The translations under genes were made by a program, and so were the position numbers. Below, in pieces: positions 26,985-43,459 of a stretch of DNA of 64,000 bases. The notes under the pieces are model-generated. The model searched no databases, was not told the DNA's origin, and saw only the letters and a list, made by a program, of their open reading frames with translations. Numbering within the stretch: the first letter of the stretch is position 1; every line of letters starts with the position of its first letter. The stretch is from the NCBI GenBank assembly GCA_951406725.2, contig OX597817.1:70618001-70682000 (forward strand). Direction: 5' to 3'. This stretch comes from Octopus vulgaris. Its lineage: Eukaryota.

Positions 26985-27272
26985 AAGTAGCTTAGTGGTT
27001 AAGGTATTCAGCTCATGATCGTAAGGTCGTGAGTTCGATACCTGGCGACGCGTTGTATCCTTGAACAAGACACTTTATTTCAAGTTGCTCCTCTTCACAC
27101 AACTGGCAAAAGTGAATCGTACCTGTATTTAAAGGGCCAGCCTTGTCACCGTCTGTATTAAGGGTACATGTATCTGTGGAGTACTCAGCCATTTGCCCAT
27201 TAGTTTCACGGGCAGGCTATTCCGTTGATCGGATCAACTTTTACACTGGTCATCGTAACCGACGGAGTGCCA
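26985..27272 (+). mobile_element. tRNA-derived SINE: D/E-type head with the family C tail
   Basis: tagcttagtggttaagg...gagttcgatacc...ccttgaacaagacactt...ccgttgatcggatcaac...accgacggagtgcc. Confidence 0.75.
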
Positions 27273-27700
27273 AAGTAGTTCCCTTTTTATCGATCTCGAC
27301 ATGATGAAGAGCCAAGTTCACCACGGCAGAATTGAACTCAGAGGAACGTAACACATGTCGTGAAGATTTCTATCCGAGGCATTAACGACTCTGCCATTTC
27401 AACGCCTTACAGCAACAGCTAACACAGCCAGAAATCAACAAGCCTTTGTGCAGTCAGACAATCTGCAAGAAAAAGCAGCCAAATCTCAACACAGTCACAC
27501 AGCTGATCATTTTAAAAGGCAAAGGAGAAACTGACACACTGAGAAAGACGAGATGGTCATAGTAGGAATCATCTTAGTGATCGATTAGTCATTCAGGGAC
27601 AAATTAAAGCGGAACAGCAACAAAGAAGCTTCTACGCTGTAGATCGACTTGCTAGAAAAGGCAGCCAAAGCAGAAAAATAATAGTGTACACACACACACA

Positions 27701-27734
<34 letters not shown>

Positions 27735-27864
27735 TATATATATATATATATATATACACGCACACATGCAGACACACACATACATGATATAATGATATAT
27801 ATGTGTGTGCATATATAAATGTATGTATCTATGTATACCATATATAAATATATATATATATATA

Positions 27865-27897
<33 letters not shown>

Positions 27898-27988
27898 TTT
27901 ATATATATATAATATATATATATATACTTTATATATATATATACTTTATATATATATAATATATATATATATACTTTATATATATATA

Positions 27989-28043
<55 letters not shown>

Positions 28044-28047
28044 TATA

Positions 28048-28086
<39 letters not shown>

Positions 28087-28090
28087 CATG

Positions 28091-28140
<50 letters not shown>

Positions 28141-28215
28141 GCTATATATATATATATATGCTACTGATTGATGCATACTGATTCTGCCCGATAATATATA
28201 TATATATATATATGC

Positions 28216-28255
<40 letters not shown>

Positions 28256-28383
28256 TTTTTTTTCTCTGGTCTCAGCTCAGAACTGCGGCCATGCTGATGC
28301 ACCGCCGTTTTGTGGTACACTGTTATTGCGAAGAACCTCGTCTAATATGTGGCACTTGGTGAAGAATGGAGTTTGATATAGCT

Positions 28384-28436
<53 letters not shown>

Positions 28437-28915
28437 TGTGTGTGTGTTTATATATGCATATACAGTCACTCATATGTACGCACATAATATTGATTATTAT
28501 TATTGCTATATACATACACATGGAATTAATATGTCTCTTAAAATTAGCACAATCACAATGAACAAAGACACGCGCAGAATCCTCACGTTCTAATGACATC
28601 TTTTTATTCTGCATTTATTCAGCATTTATTTTCAATATATCGTATGTATTACAGAACGGAACAAACCAGTTATAGATAAAATATGCGCGTGGTAATAGAT
28701 TTGTGCTTCGTGTGCCCGCTGATATTGTGCAATGAAAGAAGTAAATAGTAGAGATTTATTAGAATAAAAACAGAATCACAATATTAAATTAGCATTTTTC
28801 AAATATAAAGTGGAAATCACTTTTTTTTTTTAATATGCTGTATTTAATATGTGTAACTTTAGTTACTGTGGTCAATGACTATCTTCTCAACAAATGTGTA
28901 TGTGAATACGTGATA

Positions 28916-28975
<60 letters not shown>

Positions 28976-29138
28976 AATCTAACATATATACAAATATATG
29001 GGAGCATACACACACAGATATATATACACTCAGAGATATAGGTATTTTATATATACTAGCATGTATAAATGTATATAACATGTACCATGTTATACATATA
29101 TATATATTAGTAATTAAAATTCATATACATATATATAA

Positions 29139-29192
<54 letters not shown>

Positions 29193-29311
29193 TAGATATT
29201 ACATATACATACATACACACAGACACATATATATATATATAGTATGTATGTATGTATATATGTATGTACATATAGGCATCCCTGAACTACGTTGTTTTTG
29301 TGTTTTTTTAT

Positions 29312-29359
<48 letters not shown>

Positions 29360-29709
29360 CTTATATATATATTAGTAATTAAATGGCAAAGTAACAGGAA
29401 ATTATGTAGTGTAATTCATTAGGTTACAGCTGTTTCAGTGTAGTGGTTTGTGCATCATCTTATAGCTTCTGAGCTTCTAAAGTGAGACCTAAGCGAAACA
29501 TTAATGAGTATATATGTGTGTATGTGTGCGTGTGCTCAGTCATGTATCTCATACGTACACACACACACATATACATAGATTGATAGATAGATTAATATTT
29601 AGCAGTATTAAGAGTGACTCAAGATCCGAGAGTTTCGTGTGTTGGCACTTAATCAAACTCGGACCTTCAGTTAATCTGTTACTTCTGCTAAATATTAACA
29701 AAAATTGGC

Positions 29710-30060
29710 TTGCTTACTAACTACATGGCTCCGGGTTCAGTCCCACTACGTGGCACCTTGGGCAAGTATCTTCTACTATAGCCTCGCGCCGACCAAAGCC
29801 GTGTGAGTGGATTTTGTAGACGGAAACTGAAAGAAGCTCATCGTATATGTTTTGTGTGTCTGTGTTTGTCCTCCAACATCGCTTTACAACCGATACTGGT
29901 GTGTTTACGTCCCCGTCACTTAGCGGTTCGGCAAGTTAGACCGATAGAATAAGTACTAGGCTTACAAAAAATAAGTTCTGGGGTCGATTTGCTCGACTAA
30001 AGACGGTGCTCCAGCATGGCCGCAGTCAAACGACTGAAACAAATAAAAGAATAAAAGAAT
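29710..30060 (+). mobile_element. SINE family B
   Basis: gggttcagtcccactacgtggcaccttgggcaag through tail gactgaaacaaataaaag. Confidence 0.85.
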
Positions 30061-30099
30061 ACTCATATTTTTAATTCCATTTTCCCCGTTTGCATCAAC

Positions 30100-30830
<731 letters not shown>

Positions 30831-31612
30831 ACCTAAGCATCCATCGCTAACTGCGTTGCAAAACATGCGACTTAATTTGAAATAAGACCCAACACGAAAA
30901 TAAACATTTTATAAAATATATTATTAGTTAAAATATATTATCTGTCTTAATAAATGGTTTGTACATGTTTGACTCTTCAATCTCATTATTGATTTTAAAT
31001 GCTTATTAAAATTTTAATGCTTTTAACTATGTTGGCACAGACCGACGCAAAGTTGAATAAATCGACAAAAGTTGGGATTTATTTTCCCATTAATAACCTT
31101 AAAAAAACGTAAAAAACAACGTAGTTGAGGAATGCCTATATGTACATAATACATACATACATACATACATACATACATACATACATACATACATACTACA
31201 TATATATGTGTGTGCATGTATGCAAGTATGTATATGTAATATCTCATATAATATAATATATAGATATATATATGTAAATATATAAATGTATATGTGTGTG
31301 TGTATATATATATATATAATATGTAAATATATAGAATGTGTATGTGCATATATATATGTAAATATTATACGTATATATATATATATATTATATGATATAT
31401 GACATAATATATATATACATATATACATGACATAATATTATATATAGTGTATATAAATGTGTGTGTGTAGAATATATATATGATAATATATGATATATAT
31501 ATATATGTGTGTGTTTGTGCGTGTATATATATATAAAAGTATATATATATATGTATACATATAGGTGTGTGTATACATATGTGTCTGTATATATATATGC
31601 ATATGTGTATAT

Positions 31613-31665
<53 letters not shown>

Positions 31666-32065
31666 CTTCCCTTCTTTCCTGAGCGTCAAATAATACTTTA
31701 ATTGTTCCACGTCCTCGCGTTGCTGTGTTTTTTTCTGTGTTTTCTTGTTTGGATTAACTATATATATATATATATATATACACAAAGTGGTAAGAAACTC
31801 GCAAGGAAACCGAACAGCAGGGTTTTTACAAGGCAACCGAACGAAAGGGTTTCACAGAAAGAAAGCCCACTCAGGCGAATGCTCTGGCCGTTCATTTCTC
31901 ACACTCTAAGGGAGCTGGGTCATGTCTCCTGGTTGTCCATCCAGTGACACGTTTTAGCGACGTGGATATCGGAGGCTTTCGCATTTAAATCGCTTGGAAA
32001 TTACGTTTAACTGTGCCTCCTCTCCATTCACCCAACACACACACACATACATACATATATATATA

Positions 32066-32132
<67 letters not shown>

Positions 32133-32363
32133 AAGCTTTAACCGTCGGGTTCTGCAGTGTTGTGCAAGATCAAATAAACATGTCACTGATTGGCGAAAGA
32201 TAATCACCCATATATATATATATCAATATCTGTTTCAACATAGGTTTTCACATCAAGAATCTGGTGAAATAAATACATAACCAAATATAAATAAATACGC
32301 ACACGCACACCACACACACATAAAATATGAAGATATAATATATATATATATACATATATATAC

Positions 32364-32441
<78 letters not shown>

Positions 32442-32511
32442 ACATATATGTATATATACATATATATATAGATAAATATATATATATATACATATATATA
32501 TAGACATATAT

Positions 32512-32544
<33 letters not shown>

Positions 32545-32645
32545 CATATATATATATTTATATATATATATATATTCATACGTATATATACATATATATA
32601 TATATATATATTCATACGTATATATACATATATATTTATATATGC

Positions 32646-32698
<53 letters not shown>

Positions 32699-33218
32699 TA
32701 TGCTTATTTGGCTAAGTATATTTTACTCATAGTCACGGGGTCTAAGCTGGGCTTGTCTTTGAAATATGTTAGACAGAAACTATTTGGAGGCACGTCATCT
32801 ACATTATGCTTCTAATTCAAAGGTCCAGCCTTCTTACACGATGCACCATACTCATTTTCGCTCGGAATTACATGAAGGGTACATCTCTCTGTGGAATATT
32901 CGGCGAGTTATCATGTTGCAGGTGAGTCATTCAGGTGATCAAAGAACTTAAAACTTATCGAAATAGAAGGATCTGTATATCCTTTCATATTCTATCTATC
33001 TGTGTGTGTATATATGTATATATATATATATATATACACACATACACACAAACACAGAAAAGTATAAACATATCTTTCAATGTATCTGTCAATATATAAA
33101 TATACACACAGATATATCTGCAAATATATATATATACATAAATGTGACACAAGGTGGAAAAAAGAGTACTCAAATACCAGGGGTAGAGTAATATTCTTCA
33201 TTTCAAAGCATATATAAA

Positions 33219-33264
<46 letters not shown>

Positions 33265-33761
33265 GGGGGGGAGAGATAGACAGATAGATATAGATATACA
33301 TAAATATATACATAAATACATACATACATACATATACATACATACATACATACATACATACATACATACATACATACATACATACATACATACATACATA
33401 CATACATACACACGTACATACAAACATAATTTTTGTTTTTGTGGCAGTAGCATTAAAAACAATTTTGCATTAATCTGATGGTTTACTCCTATTCGTTTAA
33501 AGAGTACAATTTAAATATTCTTAAACAAGAATCTTATTGACGGTGCCCTCAACGTTTCTGCCAACTACTCAATCCATCGTCCCACGATGCCCAGCTGGCC
33601 GAAAACTTTGAAGTCACTGACAACAAAATATTATTTAATATTAATATATATGTATACATATATAATAAATACAAATATGTATAATGTGTGTGTGTATACA
33701 TAAACGTATGTACTTATATATATGAACTTATATACATACATATATATATATATACATATGA

Positions 33762-33814
<53 letters not shown>

Positions 33815-33846
33815 CATATAAATGTATGTATATGTAGAAATATATA

Positions 33847-34021
33847 TTCTCTTATTCTTTTATTTGTTTCAGTCATTTGACTGTAGCCATGGACTTATTC
33901 TCTGTAAGCCTAGTACTTATTCTATCGGGTTCCTTCGCCGAACCACTAAGTTACTGGGACGGAAACTCTCCGACATTGGTTCACAAGCGATGATGGGGGC
34001 GGAACAAACACAGACATGCAA

Positions 34022-34112
<91 letters not shown>

Positions 34113-34121
34113 TAGATAGAC

Positions 34122-34183
<62 letters not shown>

Positions 34184-34335
34184 TTAGATACGACAAGCTT
34201 CTTTCAGTTTCCGTCCACCAAATCAACTCGCAAAGCCTTAGTCGGCCTGAGGCTACAGTAGAAGACACTTGCCCAAGGGACTGAACCCGAAACCATGTGG
34301 TTGGTAAGCAAGGTACTTACCACACTTCTGCGCCT
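33847..34335 (-). mobile_element. SINE family B with an expanded internal (CA)/(CAGA)/(TAGA) tract
   Basis: Tail at 33860-33890, head at 34270-34335. Confidence 0.8.
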
Positions 34336-34392
34336 ATGTATATACATATGTGTATGTGTGTATGTACGTATACGTATATATGAATATTTATT

Positions 34393-34446
<54 letters not shown>

Positions 34447-34593
34447 AATATATATATATAAGTACACACATATAGAGACGAATGACAGCAAGTCATTTAT
34501 CTTCTTGAACATTTGTAAACACGATTCTCACTTTCTTCCTATAAACATACTCATATATAAATACACACATACATGCTTATATACATACTTTCA

Positions 34594-34641
<48 letters not shown>

Positions 34642-34675
34642 CATGTATACATATATATATATATACACACATATA

Positions 34676-34709
<34 letters not shown>

Positions 34710-34772
34710 CATGTATACATATATATATATATATACACACATATATATATATATATATATACATATATATAT

Positions 34773-34809
<37 letters not shown>

Positions 34810-35049
34810 CACACACATATATACACACGCGCACGCATACAGATATAAGTATAAATAAATAAGCATACTTACATACATATATATACAAACGCATACACTC
34901 ATACACACACACACACACATATATATTAATTTATGTATATTGTTTTCCGTCAAGTGTTATATAAAAATAATTAAATAATTTAACCTCAAAGTCATTGATT
35001 ACTCAAGTCCTTCAGTAAAGAAAATGTTTATTAAATTTTTACAAGCTAC

Positions 35050-35055
35050 ATACAT

Positions 35056-35086
<31 letters not shown>

Positions 35087-35990
35087 TACATACATACACA
35101 CACACACACACATAGATATATATCACACATACATTATACACATACACAAACGTACATATACACACACGCACACACATACATACATACATACATAAATACA
35201 TACATACACACACACATGCGCAGGCTCAGACAAACACAGATAGATATATATCAGACATATATTATACACATACACAAACGTACATATACACACACGCACA
35301 CACATACATATATACATACATACATACATACATACATACATACATACATACATACATACCTACACTCACATGCGCAGGCGCAGACACACACATAGATATA
35401 TATCACACATACATTCTACACATACACAAACGTACATATACACACACGCACATACATACATACATACATACATACACACACATGCGCAGGCGCAGACACA
35501 CACATAGATATATATCACACATACATTATACACATACACAAACGTACATATACACACACGCACACACATACATACATACATACATAAATACACATACACA
35601 TGCGCAGGCGCAGACACACACACATAGATATATATCAGACATACATTATACACATAAAAAAACGTACATATACACACACGCACACACATACATACATACA
35701 TACATACATACATACATAAATACACACACACATGCGCAGTCGCAGACACACACACACAGATATATATCAGACATACATTATACACATACACAAACGTACA
35801 TATACACACACGCACACACATACATATATACATACATATATACATGCATACATATACACACACGCACACATACATACATACATACATATATACATACATA
35901 CATACATACATACATACACGCACACATGCGCAGGCGCAGACACACACACACACACACACATACACACACATACACACACGCACACATATA
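35050..35990. repeat. Minisatellite of about 110-195 bp units built on a CA/TACA background
   Basis: Unit catgcgcaggcgcagacacacacatagatatatatcacacatacattatacacatacacaaacgtacatatac... repeated about 6-7 times. Confidence 0.85.
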
Positions 35991-36351
35991 GAATCTACGC
36001 GAAGTAGAAGCATGTGATGCAGAAGAGGGGTGGGACCTAAACGAGATATGAAACGTGAATGGGTGAGTATCTAGGAGGACTGAATATACAAGACGAAAAA
36101 CTGGGTCATAAAAACACAGTGACAGCAATCAACAGTTGAAGTACAAGGAATATCAAAGGAATCCTTCCCTCTTCAATCACTGTTTGGTGTGAATGTGTGT
36201 GTGTGTGTGTGTGCGAGTATCTGTGCGCGGCCGAGTCTGTGTTTGTGTGTGTTTGCGTCGGTACTATTCTACGTTTGTAGCTGTACTTTCTAACTCACAA
36301 CCAATCTCAGCGTATTATAAGTGTGTCTGTGTGCGGCTGTGTGTATATAAT

Positions 36352-36388
<37 letters not shown>

Positions 36389-36524
36389 ATTTGTGTATCC
36401 AACGAAAGGCTAAGCAACGTGAAACTTCAAAGTCACTATCAAGACAATTCTTGTAAAAGAATAAAGATGTATGGTTATACATATACATATATATGTGTGT
36501 GTGTGTGTGTATGTATATAAATAA

Positions 36525-36613
<89 letters not shown>

Positions 36614-36792
36614 GAGAAAGAGAGATTTATATTTTGATTTTTGATTTTGATTTTTCCCGTTTCAGCTCATGAGCTGTGGCCATGCTGGGGCACCGCCATA
36701 CATATACATACATACATACCTATATATATTTCACATATATATGTAAAAATATATATATATATATGTATATTTTATATATATATATATATGTA

Positions 36793-36982
36793 TAGTTAAT
36801 CCAAACATGAAAACACAACAACGCGAGGACATGGAACATATATATATAGTATTATTGGACGCTCAGGAAGGAAGGAAAGAAGGAGGGTTTAACGTTTCGA
36901 GCGGAGCTCTTCGTCAGAAACATAGGAAAATGAAAGGTCCAAGGAAGGGAAGACGGAGAAACAAAATCACCAACGACACACG

Positions 36983-36985
<3 letters not shown>
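36793..36985 (-). mobile_element. Short Penelope-pLTR-like element with a minimal hammerhead (36887-36921)
   Basis: Minus strand reads GUUU CUGACGA A GAGC-UCC-GCUC GAAA CGUU AAAC, embedded in (TA)n. A homologous 3' piece lies at 31662-31759. Confidence 0.7.
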
Positions 36986-37034
<49 letters not shown>

Positions 37035-37201
37035 TTAAATATAGATATGTACGTACCTATGTATATAGGTATGCATGAATCTGTATACCTACACTGTTGC
37101 TATGTCTACATGCATACATATATATATACATATACACACACACTTACATACATACACAACACACACATATATACATATACATACATACATACATACATAC
37201 A

Positions 37202-37237
<36 letters not shown>

Positions 37238-37625
37238 CTCTTTACTTCTTTCAGTCATTTGACTGCGGCCATGCTGGAGCACTGCCTTTAGTCGAGCAAA
37301 TCGACCCCAGGACTTATTCTTTGTAAGCTTAGTACTTATTCTATCTGTCTCTTTTGCCGAACCGCTAAGTTACGGGGTGGTAAACACACCAGCATCGGTT
37401 GTCAAGCGGTGGTTGGGGATACCAATACAGGCACACAAACACGCACACACACACACATATATACATATATACGACGGGCTTCTTTCAGTTTCCGTCTACC
37501 AAATCCATTCACAGGCTTTGGTCGGCCCGAGGCTATAGTAGAAGACACTCGCCAAAGGTTCCACGCAGTGGGACTGAACCCGGAACCATGTGGTTCGTAA
37601 GCAAGCTACTTACTACACAGCCACT

Positions 37626-37628
<3 letters not shown>
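37238..37628 (-). mobile_element. SINE family B, full length
   Basis: Reverse complement of the 20983-21400 type. Confidence 0.9.
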
Positions 37629-37665
<37 letters not shown>

Positions 37666-37667
37666 CA

Positions 37668-37701
<34 letters not shown>

Positions 37702-37776
37702 CATACATATATACATACATACACACACATATATATATATACATACACATATGTATATAGAGATTTATATTTAAAA

Positions 37777-37819
<43 letters not shown>

Positions 37820-37894
37820 CGTGAATACATACATACATACATACATACAAGCATACATATATATATGTACATATATATATATACATATATATAT

Positions 37895-37949
<55 letters not shown>

Positions 37950-37987
37950 CATACATATATATATATACATATATATATATACATACA

Positions 37988-38021
<34 letters not shown>

Positions 38022-38094
38022 CATACATACATATATATATATACATACATACATATATATATATATACATACATACATATATATATATACATAC

Positions 38095-38165
<71 letters not shown>

Positions 38166-38455
38166 CATATTAGATATTGGATATTAGATAAATTGGCTTA
38201 GACATGACTGTGAGGTAAGAAGCTTGTTTCCCAACCACATTGTTCCAGGTTCAGTCTACTGTGTGGCAACTTGGGCAAGTGTCTTCTACTATAGACTCGG
38301 GTGGACCAAAGCTTTGTGTGTGCATTTGGTAGACGGAAACTGAGTGTGCGTGTGTGTGCGTGTGTGTGTGAGTGTATACATACATATACATTTATATATA
38401 CAAACATACATTGATACATATCTATATGCATATATATATATACATGCATTTACAC

Positions 38456-38511
<56 letters not shown>

Positions 38512-38521
38512 GCATGTACAC

Positions 38522-38563
<42 letters not shown>

Positions 38564-38796
38564 GCATGTACACATATATAAATATATATATATATATATA
38601 TAGACATATATATACACACATTCGTATATAAGTATATACATCCAGACATATATTTGTATATACACATATATATATACATACATATATGTGTGTTTATATA
38701 TGTATGTATATATGTATGTATGTATATATACATACACACATTTGCACATAAATATACATATATACACACACATATACGTACATATACATACATACA

Positions 38797-38832
<36 letters not shown>

Positions 38833-38984
38833 TATATACACACATACATATATACATACATATAGATATTGGAAATAAAGCTCTTATTTCATTATGCCGT
38901 CTACCGTCTAATGATACTAACTAGTAAGTCAGTTTATCTTGGTTGCATCATGATTATACCGATATGATGTAGAATATACATAAT

Positions 38985-39181
38985 AATACTAATTCTAGGC
39001 TGGAATTTATAGATATTTACTACAACGCTACGCACGTTTCAACAAATCACATTATTTTGAAGTCAGAGTCGTTAACCTTGGGATTAGTACTCTATAGTCC
39101 GTAGTATCCGTAGGCATCTGGTTGTTGATCATTGATCCATTTCATCCGGTGATACTGCATTATTGGATGACTCACAGAGGC

Positions 39182-39231
<50 letters not shown>

Positions 39232-39246
39232 TAGATATATATATAT

Positions 39247-39325
<79 letters not shown>

Positions 39326-39457
39326 CCGGATGGCCATACATAATACGGACTAAACTGATTATCTCAAGGATACTCCGATGGCAAAATCATGTAATTTTTG
39401 GAAACGTGCGTAGCGATGTATTAAATATATATAAATTCCACCCTAGAATTATTATTC
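38985..39457. repeat. Inverted repeat pair (about 38985-39123 and 39325-39457) with a degenerate hammerhead-like motif
   Basis: Shared gaaacgtgcgtagcg.tgta.taaatat.tataaattcca.cctagaatt in opposite orientations. Confidence 0.75.
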
Positions 39458-39461
39458 TTAT

Positions 39462-39506
<45 letters not shown>

Positions 39507-39676
39507 ATTTACGGCAATTCAACTCTCTTTTGCATTCATATATTAACAGTTTAGATCTTAATTATAAACGAGTATCAAACCATTATTCTACGCTATTTAG
39601 TTAATTATAAGATAGAAATTTAAATGAAATTGAACGTGCCAACGTGATAACTGTAAACCTACTTATTGGCCACCCT

Positions 39677-40241
<565 letters not shown>

Positions 40242-40278
40242 TTATATGCACCTATATATACATACATGTTTATATACA

Positions 40279-40315
<37 letters not shown>

Positions 40316-40451
40316 GAATATATATACATATACATACATACATAATGTGTGTGTATGTATGTGTGCGCGCTTGCTTGCAAGTTCTTTTACACGTTTAAGT
40401 CATTGGACTGCAACCATGCTTGGACACCGCCTGGAAAGGTTTAGCCAACTT

Positions 40452-40550
<99 letters not shown>

Positions 40551-40607
40551 ATATATTAATATATGTATATATGTGTATATGTGTAAATATATATATATAT
40601 ATATATA

Positions 40608-40833
40608 TTAGAAAAAAAACACCTTTCATCAATTCAAAATGAACAATTAAATTACACCAACTAGAAAATTACATATAATATAAATATTAAAATTAAAATA
40701 ACAATAATATACCAATGAATAAGTAAATTGCAAAATAATAATAAAAACGTATATTTCTATTATATGTAATTTTCTAGATGGTGTAATTTAATTGTTCGTT
40801 TTGAATTGATAAAAGGTGTGTTTTTTTTCTAAT
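40608..40833. repeat. AT-rich inverted repeat (40608-40680 and 40759-40833)
   Basis: ttagaaaaaaaacacctttcatcaattcaaaa...ttacatataata pairs with tattatatgtaa...ttttgaattgataaaaggtg...ttctaa. Confidence 0.8.
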
Positions 40834-40840
40834 TCATATA

Positions 40841-41137
40841 TCTTTATATATAAAAGAGAAGTTGTGTGTCTGTCTCCTACGATTTAGATTCCTAACTACT
40901 CCCACATTTTGCGGTGCAATTTAACCAAAACCGGGTATCTTATAGTCGTGATTCATATCGAGCCCTTCTGGGTATTAGCGCGCGTCTACGATGAGTCAAC
41001 GATTTAAAAAAAAATTTACCATCAATTTTTTTCTATTTTTAATGCATTTTTTTACTATTTTTTGGCTAAAACTCTCTAAAAATGCTTATATAGTTATTTC
41101 CCTTACAAACCCGAGCAACGCCGGGCGATACTGCTAG
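40841..41137 (+). mobile_element. Non-autonomous Helitron (297 bp)
   Basis: A|TCTTTATATATAAAAG ... CCCGAGCAACGCCGGGCGATACTGCTAG|T. Confidence 0.92.
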
Positions 41138-41235
41138 TATATATATATTATATTTTGTGAAATTTGATTTAGTATTTCTAAATTTGAATTTTTCCCTGTA
41201 AGTTAGGAATAATATTCCCTCAAATAATTATTATA

Positions 41236-41313
<78 letters not shown>

Positions 41314-41319
41314 TATAGA

Positions 41320-41644
41320 CGAGACCTCTGTCGGTCACGAATGACCATGGGTGCACCTAAGAGGTTATCCACCGGCAAACACACAACCTAGGTTTGTTTT
41401 TACGGAAGACCAGCAGTCGCCTATGCATACCAGCCTTCCCGCTTCATGCCACCGATGTTATCCAAGCGAAAGGCGAAGGCCGATAAAGCTTGGCACCAGT
41501 GACGTCGCAACTCATTTCTACAGCTGAGTGAACTGGAGCAACGTGAAAACAAAGTGTCTTGCTCAAGAACTCCCGGTCCCCGAATCGAACTCACAACCTC
41601 ACGATCGTAAGTTGGACGCTCTAACCACTGAGCCATGCGCCTTC
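41320..41644 (-). mobile_element. tRNA-derived SINE family E
   Basis: Minus strand: ggcgcatggctcagtggttagagcg...gagttcgattc...cttgagcaagacactt...cactcagctgtagaaatgagt, with a distinct tail. Confidence 0.85.
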
Positions 41645-41659
41645 ACATATATATATAAT

Positions 41660-42010
41660 AGGCGCAGGAGTGGTTGTGTGGTAAGAAGCTTGCTCCCGAA
41701 TCACATGGTTCTGGGCTCAATCCCACTGCGTGGCACTTTCTTTTGCTATAGCCTTGGGCCGATCAAAGCCTTGTGAGTGGATTTGGTAAAGGGAAACTGA
41801 AAGAAGCCTGTCGTATATGCGTGTGTGTGTGTGCGTGCGTATGTGTGTATGTGCTTGTCCCCCTCCACCATCACGTGACACCGATGTTGGTGTATTTACG
41901 TCCCGGTAACTCAGCTGTTAGACTTACAAAGAATAAGTCCTGCGGTTGATCTACTCGACTACCGGCGGTGCTCCAGCATGGCCGGAGTCAAATGACTGAA
42001 GCAAGTAAAA
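41660..42010 (+). mobile_element. SINE family B
   Basis: ggcgcaggagtggttgtgtgg through gcggtgctccagcatggccggagtcaaatgactg. Confidence 0.85.
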
Positions 42011-42051
42011 AAAATACACACACATATATATATAAATGTATACACACACAT

Positions 42052-42102
<51 letters not shown>

Positions 42103-42195
42103 TATATACATACATATACACACACCTATATATATATATATGCATATATACATACATATACACACACTTTTTATATATATATATATATTATACAT

Positions 42196-42295
<100 letters not shown>

Positions 42296-42635
42296 TATTA
42301 AGGATTCGAATAAATCAGGTACGTAAATGATAGACACCAGGTTGGGTCCAATTAACTTGTAAAATAGTACCTTTAATGGAATAAGTATCATGTGTACCGA
42401 AGTACATCCAGTGAAATATTCAAGTTATGTATTCAGAGAGCCTATGTATATGCTGTATTGATCGTACGGTATTTGGAATGCCCGACTGGTCGGGATATCA
42501 GTGAGGTGTATTAAGAACAGATAAATAACAAACGATGGATAAGTGTCACTGCATTACAGCTATTTCCAACGGATTTTTTAATAGATTAATGAGTACATTA
42601 CATCATAACTAAAAAAAGAACTGCTTTCTTCATAT

Positions 42636-42997
42636 TTACTCTTTTACTCTTTTACTTGTTTCAGTCATTTGACTGCGGCCATGCTGGAGCACCGCCAGTA
42701 CTTATTCTATCGGTCTCTTTTGCCGAACCGCTAAGTGACGGGGACGTAAACACACCAGCATCGGTTGTCAAGCAATGCTAGGGAGACAAACACAGACACA
42801 AACACATACACACACATATATATATACATATATACGACGGGCTTCTTTCAGTTTCCGTCTACCAAATCCACTCACAAGGCATTGGTCGGCCCAGGGCTAT
42901 AGCAGAAGACACTTACCCAAGATGCCACGCAGTGGGACTGAACCCGGAACCATGTGGTTGATTAGCAAGCTACTTACCACACAGCCACTCCTGCGCC
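42636..42997 (-). mobile_element. SINE family B, young, with a short internal deletion
   Basis: Close match to 20983-21400, lacking the segment between caccgcc and agtactta. Confidence 0.9.
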
Positions 42998-43019
42998 TAT
43001 GATACATAACATTTCAAAC

Positions 43020-43422
43020 AATATAAGAACAACACTTAACCTCAGTGGGCGAACCAAATCTGGAGTCCAGATAAAGAGCAATGCCTATGAGCTTTCCAGG
43101 CCCTCTAAATTTGCCGCTAGAATTGAACACCGGCAGGAAAGATGATTGACGCGGGATTTTTCAGAGCGTTGATGTTCTGGGAGGAAGTTCTGGGCATATT
43201 GGTTACTCTGGAGAGAAATACGTTGGGCGCAGTAAAGGTCCCGTAGTTGGATGCAGGAGTGGCCGTGTGGTAAGTGGCTTGCTAACCAACCACATGGTTG
43301 CGGGTTCAGTCCCACTGCGTGGCATCTTGGGCAAGTGTGTCTTCTGCTATAGCCCCGGGCCGACCAATGCCTAGTGAGTGGATTTGGTAGACGGAAACTG
43401 AAAGAAGCCTGTTGTATATATG

Positions 43423-43459
<37 letters not shown>

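Noticed and set aside
29435-29490. GAAACAGCTGTAA (minus; similar at 42555-42570) resembling a hammerhead 3' half
   Set aside because: The upstream core and stem II are missing or too eroded.
41570-41644. tRNA-like sequences with A and B boxes (also at 14515-14585, 26210-26280 and 60090-60161)
   Set aside because: They continue into SINE bodies and tails and lack a proper acceptor stem, so they are SINE heads and not tRNA genes.
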